A program made the position numbers and the translations under genes. The notes under the pieces are model-generated. The model saw nothing but the letters and a program-made list of their open reading frames with translations. It did not search any database and was not told the origin of the DNA. A DNA stretch of 64,000 nt. Source: Planctomycetota bacterium. Its GTDB lineage: Bacteria; Planctomycetota; UBA8108; UBA1146. The DNA lies in the NCBI GenBank assembly GCA_965661685.1, contig CBFIET010000171.1, positions 12,584-76,583 of the forward strand. Reading direction: 5' to 3'. Below, piece by piece: positions 10,829 to 19,160 of this stretch; position 1 is the first letter of the stretch; each line of letters starts with the position of its first letter.

Positions 10829-11266
10829 ATGAAATCCATCCGTCGAGCACGAATCGCCAGCCAGTTGCGTGAAGAGATCTCACGGATCATTCAGTTTGAT
10901 CTGAAGGATCCCAGAATTGGATTCCTCTCGGTACTCTCTGTCCAACCGACCGAGGATCTGAAGGAGTGCAAGGTCTTTGTCTCCATCATGGGAGAAGAGA
11001 CGCAGCAGAGGACGACACTCCGTGGTCTCGAAGCGGCAAGGGGAAAGATCCAGTCGCTACTTACCCTGCAGATCCGGCTCAAGGAAACTCCCGTGCTCCG
11101 GTTCATCATCGACGAGAGTTATCAAAAAACTCGGGATATCGAGGAAGTGATTCGAACCGCACGAGAAGAGGATGAAAAGGCTGCTCTCGAGCGAGAGGAA
11201 CGCCATTCCACAGAGGATCTGAAATCTTCCGATCCGGAGGACTCGGATCAGCAAGAACCTTCCTGA
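10829..11266 (+). CDS. rbfA: Ribosome-binding factor A
   Basis: RRARIASQLREEIS...DLKDPRIG...TEDLKECKVFVS...TPVLRFIIDES. Directly follows infB. Confidence 0.95.
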   Translation: MKSIRRARIASQLREEISRIIQFDLKDPRIGFLSVLSVQPTEDLKECKVFVSIMGEETQQRTTLRGLEAARGKIQSLLTLQIRLKETPVLRFIIDESYQKTRDIEEVIRTAREEDEKAALEREERHSTEDLKSSDPEDSDQQEPS

Positions 11267-11287
11267 ACTACCTCGCTCACGACTTTT

Positions 11288-12694
11288 TTACTTCTCTTCC
11301 GGTCTCACCACGACCAGCCGATCTCGCCCCGCTCGCTTCGCCCGATAGAGAGCAGCGTCTGCTTCATCGAGCAGATCATCGCCAGTGAGACCATCTCTCA
11401 ATACCGTCACCCCCACAGACAGGGACAACGCAGCCACCTCGCTGATACGACCACCAAGAAATTCTTGTTGGCGGAACTCCTCGAGCAACGCTTGTCCCTT
11501 TGCTTCCATATCTTGAAGATTCGAACCAGGCATCAGGATCACGAATTCGTCGCCGCCGTAACGGCAAACATGGTCACTCTCCCGGAAGAAATTGGCGAGT
11601 AATGCTGAGATCTCCTGAAGCAACTCATCGCCGACGAGATGTCCGAGAACATCGTTGACGCCCTTGAATCCATCCAGGTCCGCAAACAGCAATCCCAGGT
11701 CACTCTCTTCCCGCTTGGCTCGCCTCACCTCTTTTTCCAGCTGAGAGCCCAGGTAGAGGCGATTTGCGATTCCGGTCAGTGGGTCGAGTAGCGCCTGTTT
11801 CTCCAGCTGGTCATGCAATCGTAGATTCTGGAGTGTCAGGGCGAGGATTTCTCCGATGGTACCCAGTACCTCTTCGTGCCAATCCTTCAGCAGTGGAGCT
11901 TCGTCCAGCAGCTTCAACTCACGAGGGTCGATATTCAATTCCAGTAAACCGCATTCCGCCTCATCTCCGACCACCAGTGGCAATCTTCTCGAGCCAGCAC
12001 TCTGGACCGAGGAAGATGCGTCTGGATCCTTCAGTTCAGGTCGACTGCACCATGCGATCTTTTTCTCGCCATCTCGATAACTCCACAACCTCACATCTCG
12101 ATACCCAAGTCCCTCGGAGCATAGCAACGACCCTGCCCTGCAGAAGAAATCTTCTTCGTTTCGAACACCGATGAGGAGTGTCGAGAGCCTCGGCGCAGTT
12201 CTGATCTTTTCCGTCAATTGAAAGATTCTCAGAGATGTTCGGACCGCATCGCAAGCACGCCTGCGCTGCTCCTCCATCTCTCGTTCAAGACCGACACCAC
12301 TCTCCTCCAGAAGCTTGAGCCGGTAGACCCAACGCTCCTCTCCGCGTGGGCTGACCCTTCGCCCCCCCACCACTGCTACGGGGCGCCAGCCATCTCCGTC
12401 CTTGATTCTCAGCAGGATCGATGTGGGTTCTGAATCCCCATCTCCCCCCAGCGACAGGAGGCGGTGATGGTCTTCCTCATGAAACCAGCAGTTGAGTTCC
12501 TGGTCGCGTAACTCTTCCGCCTCCCCACAGTGAAGCAGGTCGAGAAAGGCTCTGTTGATGGCGATGACCTTGCGCAACGGCCCTCGAGCCACCACCAGGG
12601 GGTCCGGAAACAGGTCGAGAAGCAGCCTCGCCTCCCCTGGATCGGGAGGAATAGGCCATTCACCAGGTCTCCTGGAGAGAAGAGTGCGGGACAT
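11288..12694 (-). CDS. Sensor diguanylate cyclase (PAS-like + GAF-like + GGDEF)
   Basis: DPLTGIANR, DLDGFKGVNDVLGHLVGD, RESD I-site, RYGGDEF and ADAALYRAKRAGR. PAS-like N-terminus. Confidence 0.92.
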   Translation of the reverse strand: MSRTLLSRRPGEWPIPPDPGEARLLLDLFPDPLVVARGPLRKVIAINRAFLDLLHCGEAEELRDQELNCWFHEEDHHRLLSLGGDGDSEPTSILLRIKDGDGWRPVAVVGGRRVSPRGEERWVYRLKLLEESGVGLEREMEEQRRRACDAVRTSLRIFQLTEKIRTAPRLSTLLIGVRNEEDFFCRAGSLLCSEGLGYRDVRLWSYRDGEKKIAWCSRPELKDPDASSSVQSAGSRRLPLVVGDEAECGLLELNIDPRELKLLDEAPLLKDWHEEVLGTIGEILALTLQNLRLHDQLEKQALLDPLTGIANRLYLGSQLEKEVRRAKREESDLGLLFADLDGFKGVNDVLGHLVGDELLQEISALLANFFRESDHVCRYGGDEFVILMPGSNLQDMEAKGQALLEEFRQQEFLGGRISEVAALSLSVGVTVLRDGLTGDDLLDEADAALYRAKRAGRDRLVVVRPEEK

Positions 12695-12832
12695 CCATGC
12701 CTTCCTTCAGATCGGTCGAAGCAGGCACTGAATCGTCCCGCAGAGAAGGATATCACTAAGTTACCGATCAGACCGGCCCGCTGGCGAGGAGCGCCACCCT
12801 CTGCTACCGTCTCCTACTACCCTGAGAGGGTA

Positions 12833-13681
12833 ATGGGAAGGAATTGGCCGTTGCTCGAGGTATTCCAGGAAGCTGTCCAGATCATGAAAAGCGGCCAGAG
12901 AGGGGCGCTGGCGACCATCGTGTCCACCACCGGTTCAACGCCGGGCAAGGACGGCGCCAAGATGCTGGTACGGGAAGACGGCTCGACTGTCGGTACCGTC
13001 GGCGGAGGCTGTACAGAATCGGATATCTGGCGACTCGCGATGCAGGTGATCGCTACCGGAATAGCGAAACGACAGTCGTTTCGCCTGACGGCAGCAACCG
13101 TTGCCGAGACCGGGTTGTTATGTGGAGGGGAGTTCGAGGTGTACATAGAGCCGATCGGCACACCGTCCGTCATCATCCTGGGGGCAGGACACATCGCTAG
13201 CGCACTGACCGATATCCTGTCGACGATGAAGTGGAGCATCACCATCATCGACGATCGATCTGATTTCGCTGCGGAGCAACGCTTCCCCAGGGCGAGGAAG
13301 GTACTTTGTCGCCCCTTCGAGGAATGCCTCGACCAGTTGCAGATCTCCGGAAACACCTTCATCATCATCGCCACCCGAGGTCACCAGCACGATGAGATGG
13401 CCCTCGACCGGGCCTTGCAGACCTCCGCAGGCTACATAGGACTGCTCGGAAGTCGGGGCAAAATTGGAGCCATCTTGAAGAACTTGCGCGATGCGGGTGC
13501 CCCACCCGAGATCGTCCAGCGAGTCCACGCTCCGGTAGGACTCCCCATCGGGTCGAGAACCCCGGAAGAGATCGCCATCTCCATCGCTGCGGAATTGATC
13601 TCGTACCATAGGCAACCACAATCCAGGGACCGGGAAACTGGCACCCAACCCGAGTCGAAGATCCGAGAAACCGCGGATTGA
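12833..13681 (+). CDS. XdhC/CoxI family molybdenum cofactor chaperone
   Basis: ALATIVSTTGSTP..GAKMLV..GTVGGGC.E, CGG, GAGHI, TRGHQHD, YIGLLGS and APVGLPIGSRTPEEIAISIAAEL motifs. Confidence 0.9.
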   Translation: MGRNWPLLEVFQEAVQIMKSGQRGALATIVSTTGSTPGKDGAKMLVREDGSTVGTVGGGCTESDIWRLAMQVIATGIAKRQSFRLTAATVAETGLLCGGEFEVYIEPIGTPSVIILGAGHIASALTDILSTMKWSITIIDDRSDFAAEQRFPRARKVLCRPFEECLDQLQISGNTFIIIATRGHQHDEMALDRALQTSAGYIGLLGSRGKIGAILKNLRDAGAPPEIVQRVHAPVGLPIGSRTPEEIAISIAAELISYHRQPQSRDRETGTQPESKIRETAD

Positions 13682-13694
13682 GAGGGCACGCGCG

Positions 13695-13723
13695 TTGCCC
13701 CCTCCCTCCGACCCCGATAGAAT
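13695..13723 (+). promoter_or_regulatory. Candidate sigma70 promoter for the 13901 gene
   Basis: TTGCCC, 17-bp spacer, TAGAAT. Confidence 0.5.
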
Positions 13724-13900
13724 CCCCGCTTCGGAGATCGCATCGCCCGGGATGGGTTGTATCGGCACATTTGTGCGGAAACTCGCCCAGGTGTCAGTGA
13801 ATCCAGGACGCCCCTCATCCCGAGTACCCTGCGCTTTGAAACCTCGCAGGTGAGGATCCTGTAACTGACCACAGACACTCCGTCCCGGAAGGACTCCTGA

Positions 13901-15139
13901 ATGTCGGCAAAAACCGCCCCCAGTAGCAACCCCACATCGGAGGGCCAGAAATCCGCCGGTCCAGCCAATCTCTCCCTCAAGGAGATCGTCAACAACAGTT
14001 ACAAGAAGCATCCAGCGATCAAACAGTTCGAAGAACTGAATGTCATGGAGACGATGCTTCTCGGTTCGATGGCAGCCTCGATGCCGCTGGCAGAGTTGTT
14101 GAAAGCCTGGAAGTTGCTCACCGAGGAATTTGTCGACTGGAACGAGGTTCGAATCTCCTCCGCTGCGGAGGTGGCAAACACCTTCGCCGCAGCCAAGGAT
14201 CCGATCCAACTCGCGATGCAGATCAAGGAGATGCTCCAGGTCATCTTCGAACGCCGGCACATGTTGAGCATGGAATTTGTTCTGGAAAATACGATCGGTG
14301 AAACCAGGGAGTTCTTCAAGCGATCACCGAACCTTCCCGATCTGGCCAAATCTCTGGTTCTCGCGTACATCAAAGGGCAGGAGAGCGTTCCCCTGGAATC
14401 GTGGGCACATGGTGGACTGATCCGCGGCGGATTCCTTTCCCAGAAGGAGACCCCGACCCAGCGTCAGAAGACTCTCTTCGATCAACTGGATGGAATCCCG
14501 CTACTTCATGCAGTGCTCGCTCTCCATGAGGAAGCACGAGCATTCCCTGATCCGGCCATCGCAGAGGCTGCCCGGAAGAAGGCCGCTGCGGAGAAAGCGG
14601 CACGGGAGAAAGCTGCGCGCCTCGAACGGGAACGGATCGCCAGACAAAAAAGGGAAGAAAAGGCCGCAGAGGCGAAGAAGAAGGCGGAGGCCAAGAAACT
14701 GGCGGAAGCGAAGAAGAAGGCAGAAGCGAAGAAAATGGCGGAGGCCAAGAAGCTGGTGGACGCCAAGAAGAAAGCGGAAGCAAAGAAAAAGGCAGACGCA
14801 AAGAAGAAGGCCGATGCCAAGAAAAAGGCTGCGGCAAAGAAGAAAGCCGATGCCAAGAAGAAGGCTGACGCCAAGAAGAAGGCTGACGCCAAGAAGAAGG
14901 CTGACGCCAAGAAGAAGGCTGACGCCAAGAAGAAGGCTGACGCCAAGAAGAAGACCACCAAGAAGAAGGTCGCCAAGAAGAAGGTCGCCAAGAAGAAGGC
15001 CACCAAGAAGAAGGCCACCAAGAAGAAGGCCACCAAGAAGAAGGCCACCAAGAAGAAGGCCACCAAGAAGAAGGCCACCAAGAAGAAGGCCGCCAAGAAG
15101 AAGGCCGCCAAGAAGAAGGCCGCCAAGAAACGGCGCTGA
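13901..15139 (+). CDS. EndoIII/HhH-like domain protein with histone-H1-like Lys/Ala repeat tail
   Basis: N-terminal LTEEFVDWNEVRISSAAEVA segment resembles HhH-GPD-fold proteins. C-terminal ~160 aa consist of A[ED]AKKK and xxKKK repeats. Confidence 0.7.
   Translation: MSAKTAPSSNPTSEGQKSAGPANLSLKEIVNNSYKKHPAIKQFEELNVMETMLLGSMAASMPLAELLKAWKLLTEEFVDWNEVRISSAAEVANTFAAAKDPIQLAMQIKEMLQVIFERRHMLSMEFVLENTIGETREFFKRSPNLPDLAKSLVLAYIKGQESVPLESWAHGGLIRGGFLSQKETPTQRQKTLFDQLDGIPLLHAVLALHEEARAFPDPAIAEAARKKAAAEKAAREKAARLERERIARQKREEKAAEAKKKAEAKKLAEAKKKAEAKKMAEAKKLVDAKKKAEAKKKADAKKKADAKKKAAAKKKADAKKKADAKKKADAKKKADAKKKADAKKKADAKKKTTKKKVAKKKVAKKKATKKKATKKKATKKKATKKKATKKKATKKKAAKKKAAKKKAAKKRR
14666..15130 (+). 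repeat. Coding tandem repeats: ~16 x 18 bp (A[ED]AKKK), then ~12 x 15 bp (ATKKK/VAKKK/AAKKK)
   Basis: GCTGACGCCAAGAAGAAG and GCCACCAAGAAGAAG tandem copies read directly. Confidence 0.92.
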
Positions 15140-15192
15140 GATTGGCGAGAAACTCGACCGCTGGCATGGTCGGATGATGAAAGGAGATCCTC

Positions 15193-15945
15193 TTGGCAGG
15201 ACATTCCAAGTGGGCTGGCATCAAGCACAAGAAGGCCGCCAACGATGCGAAGCGTGGCAAGGTCTTCAGCAAGATCGCGAAGTTGATCACCGTCGCAGCA
15301 CGTGACGGTGGCGGTGATGTGACCCAGAACCCTCATCTAAAACTGGTGGTCGACAAGGCAAAGGCCGCCAACATGCCCAACGACAACATCGACAGAGCGA
15401 TCAAGAAGGGTACCGGAGAACTCGGTGGCGATTCACTCCACGAACTCGTCTACGAGGGATATGCACCTCAGCAGGTTGCTCTGGTCATCGACATTCTCAC
15501 CGACAACAAGAACCGTACAGCCAGTGAGCTCCGAAAACTGTTCGACAAGAAGGGCGGAACCCTGGGAAGCCCAGGATCGGTGTCGTGGAACTTCGAAACC
15601 AAAGGGGTCATCGAATTGCCGGAAGATGCCATCGGGGAAGAAGAGCTGATGGACCTTGTGCTGGAAGCAGGTGCAGACGATGTGAAGCTGGAGGACGGCC
15701 ATCACCAGGTTCTCTGTAACCCCACTTCGTACAGTGCAGTTCAGGAAGCTGTTACCACTGCAGGCTTGACTCCATCTTATTCCGAAGTCACACGACTCCC
15801 CAAGGATACCGTCTCGGTAGATGACGAGAAGAAGGCCACAAAGGTCGTCAACTTCATCTCCGAGGTGGAAGATCACGACGATGTTCAGAGGGTCAGCTCA
15901 AACCTCGACTTGCCCCCGGACCTGCTGGATAAGCTCAATAACTGA
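15193..15945 (+). CDS. yebC: YebC/PmpR family protein
   Basis: MAGHSKWAGIKHKK, NMPNDNIDRAIKKG, YEGY, LTDNKNRT and DHDDVQRV. TTG start after AAGGAG. Confidence 0.95.
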   Translation: MAGHSKWAGIKHKKAANDAKRGKVFSKIAKLITVAARDGGGDVTQNPHLKLVVDKAKAANMPNDNIDRAIKKGTGELGGDSLHELVYEGYAPQQVALVIDILTDNKNRTASELRKLFDKKGGTLGSPGSVSWNFETKGVIELPEDAIGEEELMDLVLEAGADDVKLEDGHHQVLCNPTSYSAVQEAVTTAGLTPSYSEVTRLPKDTVSVDDEKKATKVVNFISEVEDHDDVQRVSSNLDLPPDLLDKLNN

Positions 15946-15968
15946 GCCGTGCCAGTTGCTCTGGTGAC

Positions 15969-16427
15969 CTATTCTCCCCGCTGGAAGAAGAAGTCCCGGA
16001 AGTCGCGGATCGGCGTCCTCTCCGTGAATGATTCGTCAAGCTCGTGCCAGAAGCGAACCTCTTCATCTCCAGGTCTCCAGCACAGGAATACCTTTCGACC
16101 CACGTACAGGGTGGGGAAGTTGATCACTCCTCGCTTGAACTCCTGAACGAAGCAACCGAGATCCTCAACTTCACGGATGTATCCGTTGATCCGATCGATC
16201 AGACAGTTCAACTCCAGTTTCAACTGCTGTGAAGATTGCGCGGCATTCTCCGTATCGACCCGAATCGGGTTCTTTTCAAGACATTCGAGTTCGGTACGCT
16301 TCTGGATGATCTCATCCCAGACGGTCACGATATCTACCACGACCTTTTCCAGAAGCGGCAACATCCTGTTGGCGTCATCCACGGTAACCAGACTACTCTG
16401 AGCCTGTGTATTGCTGGTACGGCGCAT
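15969..16427 (-). CDS. DUF2203 family protein
   Basis: ANRMLPLL...GVINFP...VFLCWRPGDEEVRFWHELDESF..R.PI pattern. Confidence 0.8.
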   Translation of the reverse strand: MRRTSNTQAQSSLVTVDDANRMLPLLEKVVVDIVTVWDEIIQKRTELECLEKNPIRVDTENAAQSSQQLKLELNCLIDRINGYIREVEDLGCFVQEFKRGVINFPTLYVGRKVFLCWRPGDEEVRFWHELDESFTERTPIRDFRDFFFQRGE

Positions 16428-16709
16428 CGAACTCTCCTCTCAACCGGGTTCATGTACAGGAGAAGTGTTGGCAAGCACCGTGCCCGGGGCAGAAGGGGCC
16501 AAATAGCCGTTCTGTCGACTATTCTGGTGCTTGAAGTTCCATTCCCGTCCAGGATGTCCACTGGTTGGACGGGTCCGTCGGTTGACTTTGAACCTCACGC
16601 ACTCGATAACTCTTTGCGGGGAATGATGTATCGCTTTGGAGCATGACGACGTAGCTGTGAGCAGATCAATCCCTTCCGTCTCTGACCAAATGATGATGAC
16701 CAGGAGATT

Positions 16710-19151
16710 GTGATCTTGATCAGCCCCAAGACAGGGAACCTTCCCTGTAACAACCTGCAATACTGCCACCACGGGTACTCCCGGCGCCGGTACCATCCGC
16801 TGCTCCTCATGATGATCCTTCTCTGCTTCCTGCCCTCGCAGAACCGCTCTCTTCATGCTCAGGAGAGCCGTATCACCGACAGGGTGATCGAGGAGATCCG
16901 CTTGCAGGGTCTCGACCGGCTGGGCAACGCAGAGGTGCTGGCGAGGATGAAGATCCGCAGAGGTGATCGCTGGGATCCAGCGGAACTGGATGCGGAATAC
17001 CAACGGCTCTGGACCAGTGGTGACTTCATCTCCATCGAACCTGCCGTCATCGATGAAACCCCCACCGGTGTCATCATCACCATCCAACTACGGGAACGAA
17101 GGCCGATTGCCGAGATCCGTTTCGAAGGGGCAGATAATCTCTCTGAATTTGCAACATTGCGGCTTCTTCGAAGCAGTGAGGATGAACTGTATGACCCGCT
17201 ACTGGTCCGCGAAGACATCGAAACGATTCGTAATGTGCTGCTGGAGGACGGACATCCCTTCGCAAGAGTCAGCAGCAGAATCGATGTGAGCGACCAGGAT
17301 CTCAAGGTCATCTTCGAACTGGACGAGGGGCCCGAGGTACTGATCAAGACGGTTGATATCAAGGGAATGGGTTCGATTCCAATCGCTGACCTCTTCAAGG
17401 TGATGAAGTTGCGAACACGGGCATTCGGGGGACTGGTTCGCGGCGGAAAATTTGATCCGCGACTTCTGGAGAGTGATCTCACCCGGATTCGCGAGTATTA
17501 CGTGGCGAAGGGTTTCTTCGATGCGGAGGCAACCCTCGGTCATCTTGAATTCACCAACGAACTGAATGACCTGAGGATCCAGATCGATATCGAGGAAGGC
17601 CCTCGCTACCGAATCGGGAAAATCACCTTCGACATCGAGGGTACCCAGGTGATCTCTGAAGATGCGCTGCGGGCATCGCTCCAGATCCAGGAGGGCGACG
17701 ACTGGGATGGAGAACTGGTCCAGAACGATTCTGACGGTGTAAAGAAGCTCTACAGCGAGATCGGTCACCTGGAAGCGTCCGTTTCTCCGTCGTTGACCTA
17801 TCCGCTTGAGGGGCACGACATCATCCTCACCTACAAGGTCACAGAAGGCGAAGAGATCTATGCCGGGGAGATAGAACTTCGAGGAAATACCAGCACCCGA
17901 GACGATGTCGTCCGTCGCCAACTGGAGATCTACCCCGGCGAAAAACTACACCCCGATGATATCCAGGTGAGCCTGAGCAACCTGTACAGGCTCAATTACT
18001 TCGATCGAATCACCCCGCAATTTGCTGGCAGTGAAGATCCGAATCAAAGGCCTCTACTCTTTCAACTCTCCGAGCAATCCACGGGAAGGGCCCTCTTCGG
18101 AGTGGGCTACTCCAGTGGAAGAGGAGCGGTGGGGAATCTCTCCATCGAGAAGCGCAACTTTGACATCTCGGATTTCCCTTCCTCCCTTTCCGAATTACCC
18201 GGTGCATTCACCGGCGCAGGACAGCATCTCGTGCTGGAAGCGCAGCCGGGCACCCAGTATTCGCGATACCGGGTTCAGTTCACCGAACCGTACCTGATGG
18301 GCTCCCGCAACTCCCTGCAGGTCTCTGCCTTTCGTTCGGTGCTGCTCCGACAGCAATACATCGAAGATCGCGACAGTGGCGGCTTCACCATCGGTAGACT
18401 CTTCAGCGTCGAGGAGAAGTTGAGAGGCAAGGTGGGGCTGCGCAGAGACAGCATCTCGGTAAACGATGTACCGATCACTGCCCCCACCGTGATCGCTGAC
18501 AGCGCCGGTAGAACCAAATACAACGCCCTGGATCTCGATCTCGACTGGGACAAGAGAGTCTATCGCCCGGTGCTGGGAGCGGTCGATGGCTGGTATCTGG
18601 AATCTGGTTACAGCCACCTCGGTGGCCCCCTCGGTGGCGATCTCGAGATCGCCAAGTTCAATATCGGATCTGGACTCTTTCGCACCGTCTTCAAGGAATC
18701 GGAAGATCTTCGACATGTGATCGCCTTGCGTACCAGTTTCAACTGGGTCGAACCTCTCGATGATTCCGATTTCGTGCCGGTATTCGAGCGCCTCTATCTG
18801 GGTGGTCCACGCTCGCTGCGTGGATTCGACTACCGCGGTGCCGGCCCTCGCGAAAATGACATCGAGATCGGCGGAACCGTCAGGCATCGGGGTTCCATCG
18901 AGTACACCTGGCCTCTGATGGAAAACACCCTTCGTGGCATCATCTTTACCGATTTTGGAAATCTATCGGACGGGTCCGATGCATTCGACTTCGACAAGTA
19001 CAGGGTCGGTGTCGGCGGTGGAGTCGTCTTGTCGGTTCCGATCTTCGGCCAGGATCTCCCCATCTCCATCACATGGACCGATGCGGTCCAGAGTGAAGTT
19101 GGAGACCGGTTGCAGCAGTTCTCCTTCGACCTCGGCTGGTTCCTCTACTAG
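16710..19151 (+). CDS. bamA: Outer membrane protein assembly factor BamA (start may be ATG 16809)
   Basis: POTRA repeats (GNTSTRDDVVRRQL), FTEPYL, FERLYLGGPRSLRGF motif and aromatic C-terminus FSFDLGWFLY. Confidence 0.92.
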   Translation: MILISPKTGNLPCNNLQYCHHGYSRRRYHPLLLMMILLCFLPSQNRSLHAQESRITDRVIEEIRLQGLDRLGNAEVLARMKIRRGDRWDPAELDAEYQRLWTSGDFISIEPAVIDETPTGVIITIQLRERRPIAEIRFEGADNLSEFATLRLLRSSEDELYDPLLVREDIETIRNVLLEDGHPFARVSSRIDVSDQDLKVIFELDEGPEVLIKTVDIKGMGSIPIADLFKVMKLRTRAFGGLVRGGKFDPRLLESDLTRIREYYVAKGFFDAEATLGHLEFTNELNDLRIQIDIEEGPRYRIGKITFDIEGTQVISEDALRASLQIQEGDDWDGELVQNDSDGVKKLYSEIGHLEASVSPSLTYPLEGHDIILTYKVTEGEEIYAGEIELRGNTSTRDDVVRRQLEIYPGEKLHPDDIQVSLSNLYRLNYFDRITPQFAGSEDPNQRPLLFQLSEQSTGRALFGVGYSSGRGAVGNLSIEKRNFDISDFPSSLSELPGAFTGAGQHLVLEAQPGTQYSRYRVQFTEPYLMGSRNSLQVSAFRSVLLRQQYIEDRDSGGFTIGRLFSVEEKLRGKVGLRRDSISVNDVPITAPTVIADSAGRTKYNALDLDLDWDKRVYRPVLGAVDGWYLESGYSHLGGPLGGDLEIAKFNIGSGLFRTVFKESEDLRHVIALRTSFNWVEPLDDSDFVPVFERLYLGGPRSLRGFDYRGAGPRENDIEIGGTVRHRGSIEYTWPLMENTLRGIIFTDFGNLSDGSDAFDFDKYRVGVGGGVVLSVPIFGQDLPISITWTDAVQSEVGDRLQQFSFDLGWFLY

Positions 19152-19160
19152 CGGCACCCG

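Noticed and set aside
14666-15130. Tandem repeats as a CRISPR array
   Set aside because: There are no unique spacers, units are multiples of three inside a CDS, and no cas genes are present. The same applies to the infB repeat.
14370-15336. Arg/Pro-, Trp/Ser- and Phe/Leu-repeat ORFs (14490+, 14370-, 14506-)
   Set aside because: These are shadow frames of the Lys/Ala repeat gene. Variation falls at wobble positions of the Lys/Ala frame.
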